Shown: positions 53,201 through 64,000 of the stretch, in pieces
Layout of the letters: the number at the start of each line of letters is the position of its first letter
Position numbering within the stretch: position 1 is the stretch's first letter
Origin: Octopus sinensis
Lineage: Eukaryota
Assembly (NCBI RefSeq): GCF_006345805.1
Contig: NC_043012.1
Coordinates: forward strand, 30,008,001 to 30,072,000
DNA: 64,000 nucleotides
Direction of reading: 5' to 3'
The notes under the pieces: generated by a model
The model's input: the letters and a program-made list of their open reading frames with translations, nothing else
What the model was told of the DNA's origin: nothing
The model's database searches: none
Made by a program: the position numbers and the translations under genes

Positions 53201-53522
53201 CATGTGGCTGTGTGGTAAGAAGCTTGCTTCCCAACTACATGGTTCCTGGTTCAGTCCCACAGCATGACATCTTGGATGAGTGTCTTCTACTACAGCCTCA
53301 GGCTGACCAAAGCCTTGTGAGTGGATTTGGTTGACAGAAACTGATAGAAGCCTGTCATACACACACGCATGTATACAATGGACGTCTTTCAGTTTCTGTC
53401 TACCAAATCCACTTACAAGGTTTTGGTTGGCCTGAGGTTATAGTAAAAGACACTCACCCAAGATGCCATGTGGTGGGATTGAACCCAGATGCATGTAGTT
53501 TCTTACCACACAGCCACACCTG
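53201..53522. mobile_element. Two family B SINE 5' halves in inverted (tail-to-tail) orientation
   Basis: 53201-53372 is on the plus strand and 53381-53522 on the minus strand. Confidence 0.8.
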
Positions 53523-54038
53523 TACCTAGTTGCTCATAAAACTGTTACAGAGGTTCAATTCCTAGTAATTTATCTTTGTGTATGAAGTATTACAGCAGTT
53601 AATATATCAAACTTTTTATTCTCGGCATCGTGTACCACGGACTACGTTAACCAATGTACCTTTGATGACATGAATTCTATAAATCTCACAAGTCTTTTGC
53701 AAAACAATTACATCAGTAGTCTCACAGCAACTGAAAATCTCTTTTTGAGGGTCATGTGGATTATACAGCTCCAAGCTGGAGCAGTTTTAGTGTATGCTTG
53801 TATCTTGTTAACAAGGCAAGAGCAACAGCAAACAGAACTGTTAACATCTAGAAAGAAGAACTTGAGGGACATTTTAGAAATTTGGGGTAGGTCGGCATCG
53901 ATAGAAAAGGAATGCAGGTCTCAGTCACCTGAAAAAGTGATTGAAAATAAAATGAGGTTAAACTTCTTTGGGACTTTCTTATCCAAACAGACCAGGTATC
54001 TTGGTGTTTGAGAAGAGGGATTCGACTTGTTATATAAC

Positions 54039-54164
54039 GTATTTCTTTATTGTCCACAAAGGGCTAAACATAGAGGGGACAGACAAAGGGACTAAGTCGA
54101 TTGCATCGACCCCAGTGCGTAACTGGTACTCATTTAATCGACCCCGAAAGGATAGAAGGCAAAG
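54039..54164 (-). mobile_element. 5'-truncated family A SINE with 17-bp TSD
   Basis: tcgacttgttatataac at 54022-54038 and 54165-54181. Confidence 0.85.
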
Positions 54165-54254
54165 TCGACTTGTTATATAACTGTTGTGGCCAGTCCACTT
54201 GGTATGAGAATAAAAGAAAATTAAATCAACAAGGTAGATATATATATATATATA

Positions 54255-55634
54255 CTAGCAGTATCGCCCGGCGTTGCTCGGGTTTGTAAGGGAAATAACT
54301 ATATAAGCATTTTTAGAGAGTTATAGCCAAAAAATGCATTAAAAATGGAAAAAAAATTATGGTAAATTTTTTTTTAAATCGTTGACTCATCGTAGACATT
54401 TTTAGAGAGTTACTTCCCTTATGTAATAGCGAAAAAATGCATTAAAATGGAAAAAAATGATGGTAAATTTTTTTTTAAATCGTAGATGCTCGCTAATACC
54501 CAGAAGGGCTCGATATGAATCACGACTATAAGATACCCGGTTTTGGTTAAACTGCACCGCAAAATGTGGAAGTAGTTAGGAATCTAAATCGTAGGAGACA
54601 GACACACAACTTCACTTTTATATATAAAGACTAGCAGTATCGCCCGGCGTTGCTCGGGTTTGTAAGGGAAGTAACTATATAAGCATTTTTAGAGAGTTAC
54701 TTCCCTTATAGATGCCAATTCGGGCTTTCTTAGCCATTTCTGTTTAGGTGTCTTCAAGCCATGAAGTCGTTGTTCTAAAAGAACGCTGGTCTCCTTGACA
54801 ATGCTTTACGACGTTGATTTCCTTACACTCCCTTCTCCACAGCTTCACGAGGGAGGGAAGAAGGGGGAGAAGCAAACAGGTGCAGGTGTGAGCATGGACG
54901 CCAACTCCGCCGCCATCGACACACGAAAAATTATGCATTAAAATGGAATAAAAAAATGATGTTAAATTATTTTTAAAATCGTAGACTCATCGTAGACGCA
55001 CGCTAATACTCAGACGGGCTCGATATGAATCACGACTATAAGATACCCGAATTTGGTTAAACTGCACCGCAAAATGTGGGAGTAGTTAGGAATCTAAATC
55101 GAAGGGGACAGACACTCACACAACTACAGTTTTATATATATATACTAGCAGTATCGCCCGGCGTTGCTCGGGTTTGTAAGGGAAATAACTATATAAGCAT
55201 TTTTAGAGAGTTACTTCCCTTATAAATTCGGGCTTTCTTAGCCATTTTTGTTTTGGTGTCTTCAAGCCATGAAGTCGTTGTTCTAAAAGAACGCTGGTTT
55301 CCTTCACAATGCATTACGACGTTGATTTCTTTACACTCCCTTCCCCACAGCTTCACGAGGGAGGGAAGGGGGAGAAGCAAACAGGTGCAGCTGTGAGCGT
55401 GGACGCCAACTCCGCCGCCATCGACATACGATGCATTTTATGCATTAAAATGGAATAAAAAATGATGTTAAATTATTTTTAAAATCGTAGACTCATCGTT
55501 GACGCGCGCTAATAGTCAGACGGGCTCGATATGAATCACGACTATAAGATACCCGAATTTGGTTAAACTGCACCGCAAAATGTGGGAGGAGTTAGGAATC
55601 TAAATCGAAGGGGACAGACACTCACACAACTAGA

Positions 55635-55650
<16 letters not shown>
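54255..55650 (-). mobile_element. Tandem array of three non-autonomous Helitron units
   Basis: On the minus strand each unit ends with a CCCG..CGGG hairpin, 8 nt, then CTAG (54255, 54631, 55145). The unit junction at 54630/54631 reads CTAG|TC, and the left end is CTAG|T in a TA tract. Confidence 0.85.
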
Positions 55651-55672
<22 letters not shown>

Positions 55673-55864
55673 AGGACTTGAACAGAGAGATAAGCAGTTT
55701 GTGGGGGCTGCAGAAAAATTGAGGTTGCATCAATTGTCATAGGGCACCTTAGGAATGATAGGGAAGAAACTCAAGGAGTGGATTGAATTTGAACTCAGAA
55801 CATAAAGATGGATGAAATGCTGCTAAGCATTTTGCCCAGCATGCCAATGTTTCTGTCAGCTCAC

Positions 55865-56275
55865 CACTGCAATCATCATCATTGTCATTATCATTTGACG
55901 TCCATTTTCCATGCTGGCATGGGTTGGACGTTTGACAGGAGCTGGATGTTTGATAGGAAAAGGTGGCGAGCTGGCAGAATCGTTAGCACACTGGGCGAAA
56001 TGCTCAGCGGTATTTCGTCTGCCGTTACGTTCTGAGTTCAAATTCCGCCAAGGTCGACTTTGCCTTTCATCCTTTCGGGGTCGATAAATTAAGTACTAGT
56101 TACGCACTGGGGTCGATGTAATCATCTCAATTCGTTGGTCCTTGTTTAGCCCCTTGTGGGCAATAAAGAAATAAGGAGCTGGCCAGCTGAAGAGCTGCCC
56201 GGGCTCCATATGTGTTTTAGCATGGTTTCTACAGCTGGATGCCCTTCCTAATGCCAACCACTCTGAGAGTGTGAA
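55865..56275. mobile_element. Family C SINE interrupted by a full-length family A SINE (55962-56173, plus strand)
   Basis: Family C sequence resumes after the insertion, and aggagctgg is duplicated on both sides. Confidence 0.85.
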
Positions 56276-57978
56276 GGTGGACAGTGAAAAGCTGATGATG
56301 ATCTATAAAATTCTGGTCAACAGCTTGGTCCTGTTTAAATGCTCACAGATGGCCCTTAGGTGCTGGTAACAAAGTTCATTCGGCTGCCAGTCTTCAGCCC
56401 AGGTTTTTGATCTAAGGATAACTTCATCTCTTCATCCTAGTCTCAGAGATCAACAATACTGTCACTGCTACTCTGACTGAAGTCATTAAAAATAGTGGAT
56501 AATATTTTACTTTAACGCCCCACTTGCACTTTTGGTATTCGTTTATTTGACAGCTGTCTGAGAATTCTTCAGTTTCTGATGTTAATTATTTTTAGTCAAA
56601 GCCATGGCTTAGAATCTGCCCGTGGTTATCTCTTTTCGATATTTCCCATGGAGGAAAGCTGAAGATCCAGAAACGCGCGTCTGGGAATTTACTAAAGGGA
56701 AGCACTGAGCAGATATGGTGTTTTTACACCTTCTACCGTAAGAGAGAATGTTCTCTCCGCTGTAACTGCAGTTAAAGTGTCACAAACATATTGTAACCCT
56801 AAACTAGTCTAATTCATTTTAATTTGTTTGACGCCTTACTGTGGCCAGCTTGTTTGTGATGAGAGATATTTGCGAATGAAATTAGCAATTATATTTTAAT
56901 ATCGTTATTGTTGTTATTGATGCTTTTTGCGTTGTTTATATTTCAGGTTGTTTACTTGGCGATTGAGCCTCGCTAGGGTCGTTCGCCCGACAAGATAGCG
57001 ATTCCAAATCTCTTGGTAACCACTCCCACCTATTTTAAACTGCAACAACATAAAAATAAACAAGAAAAACTTATAAATTATCTGATACAACCACACCAAA
57101 ATGAAGAACGCAAAATCATGAACAACAACGTAATAACACAAAACGCAAAGAAAACGAAAATAAACAACAACACTGACAAAAGAAATCATTAATTACATTC
57201 AGAAATATTTCTTCAGATCTAAAACAAAATAGACTAATAAAGTGAAAGAGATGTGTTATAATCAAATTCAGCCACTGAAAACAACAAGTAAGCAATGCTG
57301 ACTGCAAGTAATTCGTATATACTGCGAAAAATTCAATACAGAACAGCTTTAAATGGAAATCTAAAAGAAATTAAGAGATAACAGGACAATTCTAGAGCTC
57401 CAAAACCCTATAATTTTTCTTTTCCTTTTTTGGAATCTCTGCTTTAAGCATCGTAGATAATAATTCAGGGAGAAGGGTTTCGGCCTCCTATCTCGGTAAT
57501 TTTTATCTCTTGGTTTTGTTTTGATCTTTTTCTTTTTGTCAGATTTATATTCTAAAAACTTACAATTATGATTCTTCAAAATTAGGATTAACAAATCTGA
57601 AAGAAAATTTGAAAAAAGTTTAAAAAATTAAAATTAACTCGAAAAACAGTGAGGGGACAAATCTCTCCCACTTCTTTCATATTTATATATATGTGTGTGT
57701 GTGCAAAGATTCCTCATCAAAACACGGATGCAAAGAAATTAAGGTTTGTGGGGATGGGGGTGTACTAAATAATTTCCGACGCTATTCTATAGGAATGCCG
57801 ATAAGAGAATAACGTATTTGTAAAGTATGAAAAAAAAATGGTGATTGTATTATACACGAGTAAAGGGGACATAACTGAGTGTTGACTCTACGACTTCCTT
57901 CATACTTCCTTCTGATTTTATATTTCAGATTATTTCTTTAAGTGTTCGTGCACATTTAAATATGTACAATATATATAT

Positions 57979-58185
57979 ATTCTTTTATTTGTTTCAGTCA
58001 TTTGACTGCGGCCATGCTCGAGCACCGCCTTTAGTCGAGCAAATCGACCCCAGAACTTATTCTTTGTAAGCCTAGTACTTATTCTATCGGTCTACCTTGC
58101 CGAAACACTACCTTACGGGGACGTAAACACACCAGCATCGGTTATCAAGTGATGTTGGGGGGACAAACACAGACACACAAACATA
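57979..58185 (-). mobile_element. Family B SINE 3' half
   Basis: Matches the 3' half of 30866-31268. Confidence 0.85.
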
Positions 58186-58396
58186 TACACCATGTATATA
58201 CACACACATGCACACATACATCACACACACACACGCACACACATATATATCTGTAAAATAATATGTGACAATTATTCAATAGCCAAGATAACAATTTTTG
58301 TGATATTTTTGCTGCTTTTTAATAAAGCATATTACTCTTCCTCTGGTATTTGAGTACTATTTTTTCCACCTTGTTTCGCATTTATGTGATTACTCT

Positions 58397-58430
<34 letters not shown>

Positions 58431-58431
<1 letters not shown>

Positions 58432-58657
58432 TTTATTTTAAGTAGCAGAAAATTCAACAAAATCTGTTACTCTGAGTTTCTCGTTGCCGTTCATCAGACA
58501 GTTTTTGCTAGCAAAAACTGTCTGATGAACAGCAACGAGAAACTCAGAGTAACAGATTTTGTTGAATTTTCTGCTGCTTAAAATAAAGCATATTACTCTA
58601 CCACTGGTATTTGAGTACTCTTTTTTCCACCTTGTTTCATATTTATGTGTTTACTCC

Positions 58658-58694
<37 letters not shown>

Positions 58695-58920
58695 TTTATT
58701 TTAAGTAGCAGAAAATTCAACAAAATCTGTTACTCTGAGTTTCTCGTTGCCGTTCATCAGACAGTTTTTGCTAGCAAAAACTGTCTGATGAACAGCAACG
58801 AGAAACTCAGAGTAACAGATTTTGTTGAATTTTCTGCTGCTTAAAATAAAGCATATTACTCTACCACTGGTATTTGAGTACTCTTTTTTCCACCTTGTTT
58901 CATATTTATGTGTTTACTCC

Positions 58921-58922
<2 letters not shown>
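58431..58922. mobile_element. Tandem (263-bp period) palindromic Penelope-like units
   Basis: Each unit is a 158-bp palindrome (79-bp arms, 2 mismatches, centred on GCTAGC) plus a tail ending CCGG and (TA)n. An older diverged partial copy lies at ~58264-58400. Confidence 0.85.
58510..58563 (+). ncRNA. Minimal type I hammerhead ribozyme motif (also 58773-58826 on plus; mirror copies on minus at 58456-58509 and 58719-58772)
   Basis: Stem I ctgt/acag (extendable), CTGATGA 58522-58528, short stem II with GCAA loop, GAAAC 58539-58543, palindromic stem III ACTCAGAGT, GTA cleavage triplet 58549-58551. Confidence 0.75.
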
Positions 58923-58955
<33 letters not shown>

Positions 58956-59224
58956 TATATATATATGAACTTATGTATGTATGTGTATTTATACCTGCAT
59001 ACATACATCATATATACACACATATATACACCATATATATACGCATACATGCACACATACCTACATACATATACACACAAACATCACATATACACACACA
59101 TACATACATACACATACACACATACAAATACACACACATACACACATACATATACAGAAGACAGACTATTTTTTTCTTTTCCTGTCAGATAATTTTTTTC
59201 CAGTTTAAATAATAATGAAATCAA

Positions 59225-60676
59225 GGATCTTTTCCTTTTGAACGGCACTTTTCAACGCAATTTCTAGTTAACTAAACACTTTAAAACTTCGTATACTGGT
59301 AGAATGTGTCAAAATAAAACATTTTTTCTCTTGGCTTTCTTGAGAAAATTGTAATTTGTAAGTTTAACGTAGTTTAATTTTTCGAATTTTAACCAATCCT
59401 ATGCCCTCTATTTAGCTAAAATCATTTGCTGCGTCTAAAACTGAGACAACATCCTGTCACTAACCCTAACCCTAAATTTTAGCCTTTCGGTTTTTTTTTT
59501 TCTTAATTGTTAAATTAATTTAATTGTTACGCGTGTCTAAAATTATTCGTTTTGTTTTTGTTTTGAGTTTTTGCTTTCGTTTTAGCCTTTTGTTTTTTTC
59601 TTCTTAATTGTTAAATTAAAATTATTTTCCATTGCTTTCGTTTTAGCCTTTCGTTTTTGTTTTTTTTCTTAATTGTAATCCTTAAATTAATTTAACAATT
59701 AAGAAAAAAAAAACGAAAGGCTAAAATTTAGGGTTAGGGTGAGGATTAGGGTTAGTGACAGGATGTTGTGTGTTAGACGCAGCAAATGATTTTAGCTAAA
59801 TAAAAATTAAACTACGTTAAACAAACAAATTACAATTTTCTCAAGAAAGCCAAGAGTAAAAAATGGGATCTTTTCCTTTTGAACGGCACATGGCAACACA
59901 ATTTCTAGTTAACTAAACACTTTAAAACTTCGTATACTGGTAGAATGTGTCAAAATAAAACATTTTTTTCTCTTTGCTTTCTTGATAAAATTGTAATTTG
60001 TTTGTTTAACGTAGTTTAATTTTTCGAATTTTAACCAATCAATTGCCTCTAATTGAGCTAAAATCATTTTCTGCGTCTAAAACTGAGACAACATCCCGTC
60101 ACTAACCCTAACCCTCACCCTCACCTCACCCTAACCCTAAATTTTAGCTTTTCGTTTTTTTTTTCTTAATTGTTAAATTAATTTAAGGATAACAATTAAG
60201 AAAAAAAACCGAAAGCAATAGAAAATAATTTAAACAATTAACAAACAAAATAATTCTATAATTTTATACACACGCTTTCCGTACATATACATAACGAAAG
60301 GCTAAAACGAAAGCAAAAACTCAAAACAAAAACAAAATGAATAATTTTAGACACATACGTAACAATTAAATTAATTTAACAATTAAGAAAAAAAAACCGA
60401 AAGGCTAAAATTTAGGGTTAGGGTGAGGGTGAGTGTGAGGGTGAAGGTTAGTGACAGGATGTTGTCTCAGTTTTAGACGCAGCAAATAATTTTAGCTCAC
60501 TAGAGGTTAAAATTCGAAAAATTAAACTACGTTAAACAAACAAATTACAATTTTTTCAAGAAAGCCAAGAGAAAAAAAATGTTTTATTTTGACACATTCT
60601 ACCAGTATACGAAGTCTTAAAGTGTTTAGTTAACTAGAGATTGTGTTGACATGTGCTGTTCAAAAGGAAACGATCC
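59225..60676. mobile_element. Complex foldback element related to the GGATC-TIR MITE
   Basis: GGATCTTTTCCTTTTGAACGGCAC termini at 59225 and 59866, reverse complement ending at 60676. Outer arms of about 400 bp are inverted; TAACCC/TTAGGG runs lie inside the arms. Confidence 0.85.
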
Positions 60677-60803
60677 GAGAGACCGTCTCAAAGCACACAA
60701 CACAGTATTCTCTCTTCTAACACAACCTCCTTGTTAAGTAGGAGATAAAGATTGCCTTTTGGTATTTAATGCTGTTTGTGTTGCCATTAATTTATTCTTT
60801 TAG

Positions 60804-60825
60804 AACCATATGGGAAACAGACAGA
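60804..60825 (+). CDS. Possible start exon encoding MGNRQ(S)
   Basis: ttattcttttag| acceptor, ATG at 60810, weak donor A|gtaaaa. MGNxxS(K) is a myristoylation-like start. Confidence 0.15.
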
Positions 60826-62799
60826 GTAAAATGATGCCCACAGCTAAGAGCAGCTCTCTTTTTAATGTACATTATTTACATGATAACTATTTCTTGGGTT
60901 TGTTTTGAAATTACAAACAACCCACTTGAAATATTAGCCTAATCTTCCTCAAATTACACAAGAATACTCTTTGGATGTTATCTTCATTACCCAGTGTTTG
61001 AAAAACAAAAGAGAATTGTCACGGATGGAATGTCTTTTGATCAAAGGTAATCATGATTAGAACTGACCTGGGAGTTAAGCATCAACAGACTCGCCACTAA
61101 AGAATCTGAGGATTTCTAACATAAGCATCAAGCCTAAAATTTAGGGAAAAGGGAATGGTTGTATCGGTCCCTGTACTTAATTGATAACTTTTTAATTGTT
61201 TTTTAAAGGAATCAAGGCAAAGTTGGTCTTAACGATATTTGATCTCAGGACATATAAAACCACAATTACCTCAAAGTTAATTAGTAATAATTTCTAACAT
61301 AGACTCAAGATCAGAATTTTTGAGGCGAGGAATTAGCAGATTGGATAAACTTGTAAAGCAAACTTTAAACGTCCCTTATTTCAACATCTATGCTTTTTTA
61401 AAAAAAAATATAACTTATTTATTTAACGAGACAAATATCTTGATGGTGACTTATATGGGAGATGTTTCTCTACATTACTAACATGAAGCTGGTCACGTGG
61501 AATCCTGTAAAGACTCTGGTGAAATTACACATTTTTATTACATTATATAAAGATCGATATTCACTAAAGAAAAAGAAAAACAAAACTATCAGCTTTTGTT
61601 TTAGAATAGCGTCGGAAATTATCTATTAATACTAAGAGCTATAAATTTTTAAGATGTGCGAGTTTCAAGTGTCAAAGATTAGGATTCTGAAAAATAAAAT
61701 TATATAACTAAAAGATAAATAAATAAATTAATTAGTTAAAACGGTGCTCTTTTCTGTAATTTTTCTATTTTGCCTTTTTTCTTCCTGGAAATTTTTTCAA
61801 ATTTATATTTTAAGTGTTTGCGATTAAGATTCTTCAAAGATATTCGTTAAAGAAAAAAGGTGAAAACTGAATTATTTTTTTATGTCTTCCACCGATTTAT
61901 TAACAAGTATGAATGAAAAATATTATTGATCTGCTTAAATATTAGCACAACGTATATTTTGGTAATGCTCAATAGTTTTACAAAATTAAATTAGAAAATT
62001 GGACAAGACAGAGAATACACACAAAAAAATGAAATATTACAATGGAATGGGGAACTGTAATTTCAAGTAGGTACTTGTGACAGTTAACCTACAGTTTTGT
62101 GTCGTAAGTGACAATGGTGAAATCCCATAATTATATATTATGTATTTATTGAAAATGTCCCTAGAGGAATTGGTACCAAGGGAATTGGACATTTGCGGTC
62201 GGAGAAAGGGGTACAGAAGAAACATGTGACTTGATTGAGATCCCTGATCATACATACAAAATACTTTGACCCATTATAACACAATGGGTTTGATGGTTAG
62301 GCTCCTGTATTACTTTGGGCCACATATATCGTTATGAATTTGTGAACTATACACAGACTATTGAAGGCCAGTGGATACTGACCAAGAAGAAACTTAGGGG
62401 ACAATGCTGAACGAAAGGTGCTTATTTAGATTGTATCTGTGTGAACATGAAATAGGTTCAGAGACCATGAAAAAGCTAGAAATATGTTCTCTGTATTGTT
62501 TCCATGTTGTACAAATATAATTTAAAGGATTTCACTGTCATTTGCAGTTTCTATCGCAGTTGAAGTCAATTATATCAACCCAATCCTGGAAGGATAAAAG
62601 GCAAAGTCAACCTCAATGGAATTTGAACTTAGAACGTGAAGACAACAAAATGCCGCTAAGCATCTCACCTGGCATGTTAACAATTCTGTTAGCTCGCCAT
62701 TTTAGCAAGAGATAAAATGTTGGTTTTGAATTTTGGCACAAGGCCAGCAATATCGGGGGAGGGAGGGAGTCGATTATTTTGACCTCAGTGCTCAACTGG

Positions 62800-63065
62800 T
62801 ATTGGGTCATCCTATAAATAATGCTGTTTTTTTCAATGGCATGAACTAAAAGTCAGAGTGGGGTGGGATAAACTACCTGCATCAACTTGTTATAAAAGCA
62901 GGTAGTAATTTTATCTTGTCCTTATTCTTATGACAAGTTTTGAAGAATGCAGTTCGATTTTAACGGTTACTTTTACAAAGTTAAAATGGAAGTGACAAAG
63001 GAGCATATTTGGACTATTTTCCTTTCAATAATGGCAACAACGCAATGAGAAATGCAAGGAATATT
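62800..63065 (+). pseudogene. Mariner 5' end fragment (TIR and transposase N-terminus)
   Basis: tattgggtcatcc..ataaataatgc TIR-like start. ATG at 62986 gives MEVTKEHI..F(frameshift)NNGNNA..ARNIN, typical of mariner HTH N-termini. Confidence 0.7.
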
Positions 63066-64000
63066 AATCATTCAACTATAGTAGTAGTTGAATGATATTC
63101 TTAAGGCCACAATTTACTCACATGCAGCATCTTCAGAGCTTTGTCGCTAATTCAGTTCTTAACCAAATTGAAAACTGTTAACATTTTGGAAGGGGACTGG
63201 TCAGTCCAGTAGAAAAAAGTTTTCATCAAAATTTGTAGCAACATTCTAGGAGAGTAAGTAGTGCCTCCAATCAAGTTTAGATCTAAATAACTTTTTTTCT
63301 TTTAAAAGCAAAATATATTTATCTTGGCTTCAATGATAGAAGAAAGCATGAGGAATTTCATAGTTTTGATCCCATGCAACAAAAATTTGTATAAAAAAAG
63401 GTGTGATGTAAAATATCATGAAAAAATATAAGGCAGAAAATTGGATTTAAGTATAATTAACATTTTTTATTTTAAAAGCAAACTATATTTTAATTAAGCG
63501 TAAATGATAGAGCTCAATTCGAGGAATTTCATGATATCAATCTCATACAACGAAGTTTTAAACAAAAAAAGTTATGAGTGTTTGTTTCTCAAATTTGAGG
63601 ATGATGATATAGTTCTACATTTTTTTATGAATATAGTTCTTACAAGGGGACTTTTAATATGTCACCAGAATCGTTGAGGTAAGGAATTAGTTTAATTATG
63701 TCATCTGTATTAATTAATGTAATTATATCATGTGAAAACAGTCTTGTAATATCTGAGAGGAGAAATAGAATTGTAGTCATATACATTGACTAGAATTTCT
63801 CAGTTTTTAACACTTCTCAAAGAATCGTTCAACTACAGTAATAGTTGGATGATATTCTTAAGGCTGCAATTTACTCAACCACAGCATCTTTCAGAGCTTT
63901 GTTGCTAATTCAGTTCTTAACTCAATTGAAAATTGTTAAAATTTTTGAAGAAGGCTGGTCCCTGTAACAGCTCCAGTTAAAAGCAAATTATATTTATCTT

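Noticed and set aside
53670-54011. 113-aa plus-strand ORF
   Set aside because: No recognisable motif or splice support. The minus-strand acceptor at ~53930 leads to stops in all frames.
59459-60450. Interstitial telomere
   Set aside because: Only 2-4 degenerate TTAGGG units per site, all inside transposon arms.

Overview
Eukaryotic, very AT-rich DNA crowded with microsatellites and repeats. The SINE, LINE and MITE families look like those of an Octopus (cephalopod) genome; this is recognition from memory, not a database match. None of the supplied ORFs is an intact, recognisable gene. Most are microsatellite or antisense artefacts, and a few are decayed transposases or reverse transcriptases: mariner at 0.35-1.3 kb, 26.3 kb and 62.8 kb, an RTE LINE at 28.3-30.1 kb, and other LINE pieces at 25.9 kb and 35.8 kb. 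Reading by eye found five main things. (1) A ~150-bp Penelope-like element carrying a minimal hammerhead ribozyme, once at 14.0 kb and as two tandem head-to-head palindromes (four ribozyme cores) at 58.4-58.9 kb. (2) A head-to-tail array of three non-autonomous Helitron units at 54.3-55.6 kb. (3) A MITE nested in a MITE with an 8-bp TSD, its empty counterpart at 50.8 kb, and a related 1.45-kb foldback with telomere-like motifs. (4) A 20-copy array of a fixed 20-mer separated by variable (TA)n. (5) A tentative minus-strand multi-exon gene starting at 49419, made of small phase-compatible exons and including a frame-neutral pair of exons that carries an in-frame TGA. The gene model rests only on splice-site and frame inspection, and no protein family was recognised.
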